From: an uncultured delta proteobacterium
GTDB lineage: Bacteria; Desulfobacterota; Binatia; DP-6
Assembly (NCBI GenBank): GCA_963815115.1
Contig: CAWFFN010000009.1
Span: forward strand, 1,792,001-1,856,000
DNA: 64,000 nucleotides
Reading direction: 5' to 3'
Shown here: one piece after another, positions 49,196 to 58,154 of the stretch
How the letters are laid out: the number at the start of each line of letters is the position of its first letter
How positions within the stretch are numbered: position 1 is the stretch's first letter
Notes under the pieces: model-generated
What the model saw: the letters and a program-made list of their open reading frames with translations, nothing else
Database searches by the model: none
What the model was told of the DNA's origin: nothing
Program-made: the position numbers and the translations under genes

Positions 49196-51864
49196 TCACT
49201 TCCCCCCGTCGCCGCCGCCGCGGCAGGGGCGTCCTGCCCATAGTGAATCTCGATCTGGCGCGCTCCCCGCGGCCCGTCCAGCGAGAGCTTCGCCTCCCCG
49301 CGGTAGTCGGCGAAGTCGAGCGAGCCCTCGCCACTCGTGTAGGGGTAGTCGCTCAACGTCTCGACGGCGATGCGCGCGAGATCGCGCTGCCACCCGGAGG
49401 TGCCCGGCGGGAGGCGATGGAGGACCTCGCCCAGCTCGGGGAAGCTCACGTGCCCGGGACGGTCGAGGCTGAGCGTGCCGTTGGCGCGATCGAGGCGCTC
49501 GCCCAGCACATCGGCCGTCGCGCTCAGGTTCGCCAGGCCGGTCATCGCGAGGTGCTTTCCCGCCACCGCGGCGCCGAACGGCTCGAGGTCGAGGTCGGTG
49601 GCGGCGACCCAACCGGAGATGGCTCCCGCGGTGAAGGGGAGGTTGCCGCCGCCGTTGACGTAGCCCGAGTAGGCGCCGCCGCCCAGGGTGCCGCTGAGGC
49701 CGTTCTGGTCGAACGTCGCGGCGAGCCAGCCATCGCGCACGCTGTAGTTGCGCCAGCGGATCTCCGCCACCCGCAGGGTGTTCACCACGTTGTCCTTCAC
49801 GTTCCCGGGCGGATAGTCGAAGCGCAACTCGCCTTCCACGTCCAGGAAGGCAAGGTCGAGGCCAGGGAAGTCGTAGCTCTGCTTGGGCACCCGCAGCGCC
49901 GCCCCGAGTCGAAGGGTGGCGAGGTCGCCCAGCGAGACGTTGGTGGCATCCGTCGTGAACCCGAGGGGCAGACCGACACGGTCGACGCCCTTGAAGGTGA
50001 GGACCAGGCGGCCGAAGTCGGCCCGCAGGGTGCGCACCGTCCACGGCCGTTCATGTCCGCTGTCGCCGGCGGCGGTGCGCGAGGCGTTCATGTACCAGAT
50101 CAGGTCTTCGCCCAGGTAGATGGTGGGAGAGAGCACGAGGAGCGAGGTGATCTGCCGGTCGAGCACCCCCGCCATCGTGAACTCGACGAACATGCTGCCG
50201 ATGTGCACCACCTGCCGGAACGGATCCAGCGGCGAGAAGAGCGTGAAGCCGGCCAGCTCGATCCGTTGCGGCGTGCGCGCCTTCGCCAGCCCGTGCGCAG
50301 ACAGCGGGACGTCGCGGAGCCTGGTGTGGACCTCGAGCGTGACGTCGGGAATCTGCGGCCCGAGCTCCGCCAGGCGCACGCCGAGCTGCCCGATGTCGAG
50401 CACGCCGACGGACCAGATCGCCGCGCCCAGCCTCCGCGTGGGGCCACCGCCGGCCCCGGAGAGCCAGTCCCGGAGCGCGCTGTCGAACACCAGCGTCCCG
50501 CGCTCGATCGCGACGCGCGCGAGCTGCCGGTGCTCGAGGAGTCCGTCGACGGTGAAGTCGACACGGGCGTCGTCGACGACGAGCCACGTCGGCCGGCGGC
50601 GCGGTCTGACCTTGAGCTCGTGCAGTCGCACGTGCTGCGGTCGTCGGGTCTCCGCGGCGCCGGTTCCGAGCTCGCGCAGATCGAACGTGAAGCCGCCGAC
50701 CACACCCGGCAGGTCCCCGGACGCGGCCATCTGGAGCCGTCCATCGTGGGTCGCCAGCCGTCCGATCGTCCAACCGGGCGCCGCGGATCCGGGGTGCGCG
50801 GCGCCGGCGAACGAGGGCAGACGCTCGCCCACCGAGAGGAGCGGCGTGATCAACCTGACCTCGTCGATGCGCCGCTCGAGGACACCAGCCACGCGGAACC
50901 CGGCTCGGACCGCGGCGATCGTGACGAGCACGTCGCCCTCGGAGGGCGTCACGCGAACGTCCTGCAAGGCGAGGCGATGGGGTTGCTGCGCCCGCTCGGG
51001 ATCGAGCCCGAGCTCGCGCAGGTCGGCGGCGAAGCCGAAGTCGACGCCGGGGAGGTCGCCCGCGGGCGGCATCGACAGGTATCCATCCCGGGCGACCAGC
51101 CGTCCGAGGGTCCACGCGTGAGCGGCCGACGCGCCTTCCCCGCCGGCGAACGCCGGCAGCGTCCCGGGCAGCGACAGCCGCGGTGAGTCGAGACGCGCCT
51201 CCTCGATCCGCTGCCGCTCGAGCACGCCCGCCAGGCTGAAGGCGACGCCGGCCGAACGCGCGTCGAGGACGGGCGCGCCGCTCGCCAGCGTGGCGCGGAC
51301 GTCGCGCAGCGACACGTGATGGATGCGGCCGGCGCGATCCGGATCCGGTCCGAGCTCCCGGAGATCGAGTGCGAAGCCGAAGGCGACGCCGGGCAGGTCG
51401 CCGGACGGCAGCATGGAGAACTTGCCCTCGGCGGTGGCGAGCCGGCCGATCGACCAGGTGCTCTCGCTCGCGTGCCCCGGCGCGCCGCCCGACGCGAAGA
51501 GCGTGGGCAGCGTCTCGGGAAGGGAGATGACGGGCCCGGCCAGCCGCACGTCTTCGATCCGACGCTGGCTCAGCTCCCACGGGGAAAATCGCACGACGAC
51601 CCGCGGCGCCGTGAGCAGCGGCACGGTCTCGCCGCGCGCCCGGACCTGCACGTCGCGCAGGTCGAGGCGGCCGTAGCCGAGCCGGGCCGCACCCACCACG
51701 AGCTCCATCCCCGGAACCAGGCGCGTGACCGTGTGGGCGAGGATGCCGGGGAGGTCGTCGAGCGCGAGCTGGAGCGCCAGCCCGCCGATCCCCAGGATCG
51801 CGACGAAGCCGCAGATGGCGCGGACGATCGCGCGTGCGGCTCGGAAGCGCGCGGACGGGGTCAG
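49192..51864 (-). CDS. YdbH/AsmA-like repeating beta-groove protein
   Basis: Amphipathic beta repeats, LSDYPY near the C-terminus, coupled to the YdbL-like gene; TM anchor lies upstream of ATG 51708, so a CTG start at 51864 is inferred. Confidence 0.7.
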   Translation of the reverse strand: MTPSARFRAARAIVRAICGFVAILGIGGLALQLALDDLPGILAHTVTRLVPGMELVVGAARLGYGRLDLRDVQVRARGETVPLLTAPRVVVRFSPWELSQRRIEDVRLAGPVISLPETLPTLFASGGAPGHASESTWSIGRLATAEGKFSMLPSGDLPGVAFGFALDLRELGPDPDRAGRIHHVSLRDVRATLASGAPVLDARSAGVAFSLAGVLERQRIEEARLDSPRLSLPGTLPAFAGGEGASAAHAWTLGRLVARDGYLSMPPAGDLPGVDFGFAADLRELGLDPERAQQPHRLALQDVRVTPSEGDVLVTIAAVRAGFRVAGVLERRIDEVRLITPLLSVGERLPSFAGAAHPGSAAPGWTIGRLATHDGRLQMAASGDLPGVVGGFTFDLRELGTGAAETRRPQHVRLHELKVRPRRRPTWLVVDDARVDFTVDGLLEHRQLARVAIERGTLVFDSALRDWLSGAGGGPTRRLGAAIWSVGVLDIGQLGVRLAELGPQIPDVTLEVHTRLRDVPLSAHGLAKARTPQRIELAGFTLFSPLDPFRQVVHIGSMFVEFTMAGVLDRQITSLLVLSPTIYLGEDLIWYMNASRTAAGDSGHERPWTVRTLRADFGRLVLTFKGVDRVGLPLGFTTDATNVSLGDLATLRLGAALRVPKQSYDFPGLDLAFLDVEGELRFDYPPGNVKDNVVNTLRVAEIRWRNYSVRDGWLAATFDQNGLSGTLGGGAYSGYVNGGGNLPFTAGAISGWVAATDLDLEPFGAAVAGKHLAMTGLANLSATADVLGERLDRANGTLSLDRPGHVSFPELGEVLHRLPPGTSGWQRDLARIAVETLSDYPYTSGEGSLDFADYRGEAKLSLDGPRGARQIEIHYGQDAPAAAAATGGSE

Positions 51865-52319
51865 CCGAGGATGTTCTTGAGCAGGCTGGCCCCGGCCTGG
51901 GCAAGCTGGTTCTGCTGCGGCACCTGGCCCTGCGGGGTGAGCCGATCGATCAGCTGCGGAAGCAGCAGGGCGATCAGCGACGAGCCCTGCTGCGGCGGCA
52001 CGCCGGCCTGTTGGGCCATCTGCGTGACCTCGTCGCGGCCGAGGACCTGCTGGAGAGCGTTCGGGTCGATGGGTTGATTCTGACCGGTGCTCACCCAGGA
52101 GTTGAGCACGTCACCGAGGCCGTTCTGCTGGAAGCGCTGGGCGAGACCCTGCAGTCCTCCGATCCGGGGGTCGTTCAGCATGGCGATGACCGCCTGCGCG
52201 AGACCGGACAGCTGACTCAGATCCACCTGACCCGGCGCGCCCTGGCCAGGGGCCATCTGACCCTGACCCCGCTGGTCCTGGTTCACGATGCTACCGAGGA
52301 GCTGCTCGAGAAGTCCCAT
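51861..52319 (-). CDS. YidB/DUF937 family protein
   Basis: GGLQGLAQRFQQNGLGDVLNSWVSTGQNQPI, LPQLIDRLTPQG. Confidence 0.92.
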   Translation of the reverse strand: MGLLEQLLGSIVNQDQRGQGQMAPGQGAPGQVDLSQLSGLAQAVIAMLNDPRIGGLQGLAQRFQQNGLGDVLNSWVSTGQNQPIDPNALQQVLGRDEVTQMAQQAGVPPQQGSSLIALLLPQLIDRLTPQGQVPQQNQLAQAGASLLKNILG

Positions 52320-52564
52320 GGCTGCCTCCCTTGGGCGGTCGCTGTCTCTCCGCCGCTAGTCTCCCGTCCGCGCTCTTTCAACCCTCCTCCGCCGCGGGGT
52401 CGGCTTCCCACGACCGATCCGTCGCGCCGGCGCGGATCGACCACAGCACCTGGCGCGTCGCCGAGATCCTGTCGCTGGTTCCTCACTCTGCTTCTCACCT
52501 AACGATGCAGCATGCTGCGCATGACCTGCCGGGCCTGACCCGCGTCGTGCCCGCCGGAGATCGT

Positions 52565-52593
52565 TTGACAGCCGGACGCGGCCGGCATAGTTA
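52565..52593 (+). promoter_or_regulatory. Putative sigma70 promoter
   Basis: TTGACA-17 nt-TAGTTA. Confidence 0.5.
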
Positions 52594-52697
52594 TCGACCT
52601 TCGGTTGAGTCGCTAGCGGCAGCACCCGAACCACCCCGCGGACGCTGGCCTCCGTGCGGCGGCGTCAGGCCGAGGCCACGACCCAGGAGGTCAATCG

Positions 52698-53123
52698 ATG
52701 GCTGCTCCGCGCGGCGCGTTTTCGCGCCCATTCGTTCATACCCCGCCACCACGCGCGCATGGTGACGGCCACGTCTTGGCCGTGGGGTGGCGAGTGCTGG
52801 TCGCGGCACCGGCGGGTCGGGGACATCGCGTCACGCTGACCGAAAGCGACGGAACCACGGCCACGTCGACGGTGCCCGACGGGGCCGAGGTCGAGATCCT
52901 GGCCTGGCGACCGCGCCGGTCCGGCTCCACGCTCTACCACGTCCAGCCCACCGGCGGCGGGACGGCCGGCTGGCTCACCGGCGCCAGCCTGAAGCACCGC
53001 CCCACGCTCCCGGCGGCGAAGGTGAAGGTCCAGTCGATCGCGGTAGCTCGCCCGCAGCCCCCTGCGAAGAGCGCCGCCAGCAAGACGGCCAAGCGCCCGG
53101 CCAAGTCCAAGACCGCCCGCTGA
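52698..53123 (+). CDS. SH3-like domain hypothetical protein with basic tail
   Basis: AGGAGG RBS; DGAEVEIL...YHV...GWL; K-rich C-terminus. Confidence 0.75.
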   Translation: MAAPRGAFSRPFVHTPPPRAHGDGHVLAVGWRVLVAAPAGRGHRVTLTESDGTTATSTVPDGAEVEILAWRPRRSGSTLYHVQPTGGGTAGWLTGASLKHRPTLPAAKVKVQSIAVARPQPPAKSAASKTAKRPAKSKTAR

Positions 53124-53133
53124 GGAGGTTACG

Positions 53134-53331
53134 ATGGCGTCCGCCAGGTTTGGCCCGTGCCCTCACTGCAAGACCCCGCTCTCCTTTCTCGAGGGGGTGA
53201 GCGGAAGTACGCTGAACCCGAAGTGCCCGCGCTGCCAGGCGGTGGTGAGTGTCACCCGGGCGACCTTCCTGATGGCCGATCACTCGCGGCCACGAGCGGC
53301 AGCGTCCGACGACTTGAAGCCCACGTCCTGA
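53134..53331 (+). CDS. Small zinc-ribbon protein
   Basis: GAGGAGGT RBS; CPHC...CPRC. Confidence 0.75.
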   Translation: MASARFGPCPHCKTPLSFLEGVSGSTLNPKCPRCQAVVSVTRATFLMADHSRPRAAASDDLKPTS

Positions 53332-53383
53332 CCCCGCGCGACCGTCTGGGTGACCCCGCCGCGCCCCCGGCGAGCCGGCTGGG

Positions 53384-53412
53384 TTGACAGGTGCATCAAA
53401 AGAGAGCAGGGT
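53384..53412 (+). promoter_or_regulatory. Putative sigma70 promoter of the RRM gene
   Basis: TTGACA-17 nt-CAGGGT. Confidence 0.45.
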
Positions 53413-53538
53413 CCCGACTCCAACCGAGTCGCTATTGCTCGAGCGCGACCCAGCCTACGTCCCGTCGACGACGGGCTTCTCGCCCTCGCAAGGGTGACCA
53501 CAGCAGCCATCTCTGATGGCCAGGAGTGTTTAGAGCCC

Positions 53539-53871
53539 ATGGGCAAGAAGCTCTTCGTCGGCAACCTTTCCTTCGATACGACCACGGCGGATCTCGAGGC
53601 GCTGTTCGCCCAGATCGGCACCTGCGAGTCGGCGGCAGTCATCACCGATCGGGCTACGGGCCGCTCACGCGGATTCGGCTTCGTCGAGATGAGCTCGGCC
53701 AGCGAGGCCCAGAAGGCGATCTCCGACCTGAACGGCCACGAGCTGCAGGGCCGTACGATCAACGTGAGCGAGGCTCGCGATCGCGAGGGCGGTGGTGGCG
53801 GTGGTCATCGTCGCGGCGGCGGCGGCGGCGGGGGTGGTGGGTACGGCGGCGGCGGCCGCAGCCGCTACTAG
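53539..53871 (+). CDS. RRM RNA-binding protein with Gly-rich tail
   Basis: RNP2 LFVGNL, RNP1 RGFGFVEM. Confidence 0.96.
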   Translation: MGKKLFVGNLSFDTTTADLEALFAQIGTCESAAVITDRATGRSRGFGFVEMSSASEAQKAISDLNGHELQGRTINVSEARDREGGGGGGHRRGGGGGGGGGYGGGGRSRY

Positions 53872-53877
53872 ACTCGC

Positions 53878-55596
53878 CTAGACGATCGGAGCGGCCTGCG
53901 GGCCGCGCACCAGCTTGCCGGGGAGTGCCCCCGTGGGCTCGCCGTTCTCGGCGACGACGGTACCGCTCACCACGGTCATCCGGTAGCCGCGCACGCGCTG
54001 CACGAGGCGCCGGCCCTGCGCGGGCAGGTCGAAGACCGTCTCGGGCGGGGCGAGCGCGAGCGCGCCCGTGTCGATCAGATTGACGTCCGCCTTCATGCCG
54101 GGCGTCAGGACGCCGCGATCGTGCAGCCCGTAGAGGGCCGCGGTGTCGTGTGTCTGCCGTCGTACCAGGTACTCGAGCGGCAGCCGCGCGCCGCGGCTCC
54201 GCCCGCGGACCCAGTGGGTCAGCAGAAACGTCGGCGTGCCGGCATCACAGATGACGCCGCAATGGGCGCCGCCGTCGGCGAGCCCGATGACCGTGCGCGG
54301 ATGGAGAAGCATCTCCCGGATGGGCTCGAAGTCGAAGCCCGAGTAGTTGAGGAAGGGAAGGTAGAGGAGCTCGTGACCGTCGCGCTCGAGTAGCAGGTCG
54401 TAGGCGACCTCCTCGGGTTTCACGCCGCGCCGGCGCGCGATGGCGGCGACGCTGGCCTCGGGGCTGGGCTCGTAGTCGGGCGGGTCGCCGAGCGGGAAGA
54501 GCTTGTGAAAGGCCGTGGCCAGGTAGGCGAGGATCGGGTTGGAGAACTCGACGCGCTCTTCGAGCATCCGCCGGCGCGTCTCCGGATCGCGCAGGCGTCG
54601 CACGCGCTCGGCCAGCGGGAGGTGCTCCAGCTCCTGGTAGGTGGCGTGGCCCATGAAGGGATTGAGCTTGCTCTCGAGCCCGAGGAGCACGCTGGTGGGT
54701 CGCGCGGCCACCTGCGGCACCAGGGTCGCGCCGCGCTCGGCCGCGCGGTCGGCGGCAGCGAGCAACCGGCGCCACTGCTCGGGGTCGGCGTCGTTCTGCA
54801 AGCAGGCGAAGGTGACCGGCCGTCCGGTCGCGGCCGAGACCTCCTCCATCCACGCCAGCTCGGGTTCCTCGGGCAGCAGGTCGGCTGCCAGCTCGAGCAC
54901 GCCGCGCCCGAGCTCCCCGAGGACGCGACCGATGCCGACGAGCTCCTCCGCCGCCGCGAACGTGCCGGGAACCGGCTCGCCGTCGACGGCGCGGTGGAGC
55001 AACGTGCGTGAGGTGGTGAAGCCGAGCGCGCCGGCCGCGACGCCCTCGCGCACGATCGCCGCCATGCCTGCGATGTCGTCCGCGTCGGCAGGCTGGTTGC
55101 GCGCCCCGCGCTCGCCCATCACGTAGGCGCGCACGGCGCCGTGGGGGACCTGCGCGCCGACGTCGAGGGCGCGGGGCATCGCCTCGAGGGCGTCGAGATA
55201 CTCCGGGAAGCGCTCCCACTGCCAGTGGATGCCCTCGGCGAGGGCGGTGCCGGGAATGTCCTCGACGCCCTCCATCAGGCCGATGAGCCAGTCGTGCCGG
55301 TCGGGTCGCGCCGGCGCGAAGCCCACGCCGCAGTTGCCCATGACGACGGTGGTGACGCCGTGCCACGACGAGGGCGTGAGGTACGGATCCCACGTGGCCT
55401 GGCCGTCGTAGTGGGTGTGGATGTCGACCCAGCCAGGCGCGACGACGAGCCCGCGCGCGTCGACCTCGCGGCGGCCCGCGCCGCTGGTGCTCCCGGCGGC
55501 GGCGATGCGGCCGCCGTCGATCGCCACGTCGCCCTCGCGCGGCGCCGAGCCCGTGCCGTCGACGATGGTGCCCCCGCGCAGGACGAGATCGTGCAT
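53878..55596 (-). CDS. N-acyl-D-amino-acid deacylase family amidohydrolase
   Basis: [29 protein letters not shown]. Confidence 0.93.
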   Translation of the reverse strand: MHDLVLRGGTIVDGTGSAPREGDVAIDGGRIAAAGSTSGAGRREVDARGLVVAPGWVDIHTHYDGQATWDPYLTPSSWHGVTTVVMGNCGVGFAPARPDRHDWLIGLMEGVEDIPGTALAEGIHWQWERFPEYLDALEAMPRALDVGAQVPHGAVRAYVMGERGARNQPADADDIAGMAAIVREGVAAGALGFTTSRTLLHRAVDGEPVPGTFAAAEELVGIGRVLGELGRGVLELAADLLPEEPELAWMEEVSAATGRPVTFACLQNDADPEQWRRLLAAADRAAERGATLVPQVAARPTSVLLGLESKLNPFMGHATYQELEHLPLAERVRRLRDPETRRRMLEERVEFSNPILAYLATAFHKLFPLGDPPDYEPSPEASVAAIARRRGVKPEEVAYDLLLERDGHELLYLPFLNYSGFDFEPIREMLLHPRTVIGLADGGAHCGVICDAGTPTFLLTHWVRGRSRGARLPLEYLVRRQTHDTAALYGLHDRGVLTPGMKADVNLIDTGALALAPPETVFDLPAQGRRLVQRVRGYRMTVVSGTVVAENGEPTGALPGKLVRGPQAAPIV

Positions 55597-55720
55597 GCGG
55601 ATGGCTTACCAGGGAGCGAAGAGCCGTGTCCATCGGAAGCAAGCGCGAGGTGGCGCGAACCCGCGCGGCACGGTCGTCCTGACGGCACGGTGAGGAGGCA
55701 GGGCTCGCCGCGCCGTCTCG

Positions 55721-56785
55721 TCACGAAGCCGTCCGGATCGCCTCCGCCAGCCACTCGATGCGGTCGTTGCCCCAGAAATGCTGGTCGCGGAACACGAAGA
55801 ACGGGAAGCCGAAGACGCCGTCGGCCTGCGCGGCCGCGTTGCTCGCGGCGAGATCGGTCTCCCAGCGCGGGTCGCCGAGCGCGGCCACGAAGCCGTCCCG
55901 GTCGAGCCCGGCGCGCTGGGCGATCGCAGCGAGGACGTCCTTCTGGCCGATGTCCCGGGCCTCGAGGAAGCGAGCCGCGAAGACTCCGTCGTGGTACGCC
56001 TTGCCGCGCCCTTCGGCACGCGCGAAGAGGAAGCCGAGACAGGCGAGCCGGCTGTCGGCGAACGGGCCCGGGCGCATGCGCAGGCCATAGGCGGCGGCGA
56101 ACCGGCGCGCGTCCTCGACGATGTACCGGATGCGAGGGGAAGCGGGGTCGGGTCCGCCCCCGCCGGCGCGCGGCGAGTACACCGGCCTGGGCTCGACCGT
56201 CACGTGCAGTGGTGCGAGCTCGCGGTCGAGCCGGGTGTTGGCGAGAAAGGCATACGGGCTGTTGTAGGCGAAGTAGAACCGCACGCTACGCTGGTCCATC
56301 GAACTCTCCACGTTCCGTTCGTCGAACGCCAGATCGAAGCCCTCGAGCCATGCGACATATTCCGGTGGCAGGCCTCCCGCTCGCGCCCCGTCGAGAAGCA
56401 GTCCCAGGTAGCGTGCGGACGGCCTCCGGCCGGAGCGACGCAGATCGGACTGGTAGGTGAAGGCGGCAACCGGCTCCGCACCGTCGTTCGTGACCACGAT
56501 CGACACGCGCCGGTAGATGCCCTGGGGCACGCCCTCGGTCCGATCGAGGCGTTCGGCGTCCTCGGGCGTGATGCGGTAGAGGATGCCCGCCACTCGCCGG
56601 CCCGCTCCCGGCACGACGGTGGCGCATCCGCGCTCGCCCGGCCCGATGGGGAGATCGAAGCGCAGTTCGTAGTCGCGCAACCAGCCCCACCGGTTCGCGA
56701 GGGGCCGGATGCCGCGGCGGTCGACGAAGACGGCAGCGCTCATGTTGCTGCCGTAGGCGAAGTACCAGAGGTCGTCCGGCGGCAT
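55721..56785 (-). CDS. Gamma-glutamylcyclotransferase fused to DsbA/HCCA-isomerase (kappa GST-like) domain
   Basis: YFAYGSNM...LDRTEG...PSARY, then FYFAYNSPYA...GVFGFPFF...FWGNDR. Confidence 0.88.
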   Translation of the reverse strand: MPPDDLWYFAYGSNMSAAVFVDRRGIRPLANRWGWLRDYELRFDLPIGPGERGCATVVPGAGRRVAGILYRITPEDAERLDRTEGVPQGIYRRVSIVVTNDGAEPVAAFTYQSDLRRSGRRPSARYLGLLLDGARAGGLPPEYVAWLEGFDLAFDERNVESSMDQRSVRFYFAYNSPYAFLANTRLDRELAPLHVTVEPRPVYSPRAGGGGPDPASPRIRYIVEDARRFAAAYGLRMRPGPFADSRLACLGFLFARAEGRGKAYHDGVFAARFLEARDIGQKDVLAAIAQRAGLDRDGFVAALGDPRWETDLAASNAAAQADGVFGFPFFVFRDQHFWGNDRIEWLAEAIRTAS

Positions 56786-56864
56786 GGGGTGCAGAAAGTT
56801 AGGGTGGCGCGCCGGAGCTGAGTCAACGGCCGGGCGCGCCGAGGGGCGCTCGCGCGCGCGAGGA

Positions 56865-58154
56865 TCAGTGCTGCTGCCCGGCGGCGGTCTGGCCTGCGTT
56901 GGCCCGTCCGCCCGCGGGCTGATCCGGTGGCGGAGCCGGCGTGCTCCTCACCTTTGCCCCGTCGGCGAGGCCGCTCGGCACCGCGGTGGCGATGACGTCC
57001 GAGGGCTCGAGCCCGGTGAGGATCTCTACCCGGTCACCGTAGTCCCGACCGATCTCGACCGGCTTGTAGTGCAGCGTGGCGTCGGGGCCGATCACGGCGA
57101 CGCGTATGCCCTGGGCGTCTATCAACAGCGCGGTGCCGGGAACCAGCAGGGGCGGGGCCGAGCGCTGGAGCTTGAAGTGCACCGTCACGTAGCTGCCGGA
57201 GAGCAAGGCGCCGTCGGGATTCGGCACCTGGACCTCGGTGAGCAGCGTGCCCGAGGCGGGGTCGATCGCGCCTGCGGTCCTCGTCACCATCCCCTGGAAG
57301 GCGCGGGTGGGCTGCTCGCGCAGCGTGACCTCGGCGCTCTGGCCGACGCGCACGTCGAACGCGTAGGCCTGCGGCACGAAGATGAAGATGCGTAACGTAT
57401 CGACCTGCGCCAGACTGAAGAGCTGCGTCGTCACCTGCGTCGAGCCCGCGGTGATGAGCGACCCGGGGTCCACGTTGCGCGCCGTGATGATCCCGCTGAA
57501 CGGCGCGTAGACCCGCTCGAACCCCTGCAGCTCGCGCAGGCGCTCGACGTCCGCCTGGTTGGCGCGCACGGTGGCCTCGGCGGCGTCGACGGCCTTCTGC
57601 GCCGTTTTCTGCGTCGCCGCACGCTCGTCGATCTCCTGCTGCGTCACCGCCCCCACGCCGATGGTGACGAACCGCTTGAGCGTCGTCTGGGCCAGCTCGA
57701 GATCGGCCTGGAGTCGCACCACGTTGGCCTGCCCTTGCCCGAGGGTGGCCCATGCCTGGCTGAGCTGCTGGTCGACCTCCGGCGAGGCGATCTCGGCGAG
57801 GAGCTGGCCCGCTTTCACGTGGTCTCCGATGTCGACGTAGCGCACCTTCAGGTAGCCGTCGGTGCGCGCGTAGATGCCGGTCGTGAGGAGCGGCTCCGTC
57901 GTGCCGGGGAGCGGCACGTCGACCACCGTGGCGGCGACCTCCGGGTGGGCCGTGGCCAGCGACGGAATCCGGTCCCGTTCCGTCCGGGCCTGCGTCTCGA
58001 GCCGGTGCCAGAGGCGCATGCGCGGCAGCAGCCCCGCCAGGGCGAGGAGCACGAAGACGACGGCGCCGCCGGTGAGGACGACCCGCCGGCGGCGTGACCC
58101 GGTGGCACCGCGGACCGGCGCAGGGAGCGCCTCGAATGCGGACGAGTCCGTCAC
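56865..58154 (-). CDS. RND efflux periplasmic adaptor subunit
   Basis: TM anchor, ARTDGYL..VDIGDHVKAGQLLA, APFSGIIT; GTGA overlap. Confidence 0.93.
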   Translation of the reverse strand: MTDSSAFEALPAPVRGATGSRRRRVVLTGGAVVFVLLALAGLLPRMRLWHRLETQARTERDRIPSLATAHPEVAATVVDVPLPGTTEPLLTTGIYARTDGYLKVRYVDIGDHVKAGQLLAEIASPEVDQQLSQAWATLGQGQANVVRLQADLELAQTTLKRFVTIGVGAVTQQEIDERAATQKTAQKAVDAAEATVRANQADVERLRELQGFERVYAPFSGIITARNVDPGSLITAGSTQVTTQLFSLAQVDTLRIFIFVPQAYAFDVRVGQSAEVTLREQPTRAFQGMVTRTAGAIDPASGTLLTEVQVPNPDGALLSGSYVTVHFKLQRSAPPLLVPGTALLIDAQGIRVAVIGPDATLHYKPVEIGRDYGDRVEILTGLEPSDVIATAVPSGLADGAKVRSTPAPPPDQPAGGRANAGQTAAGQQH

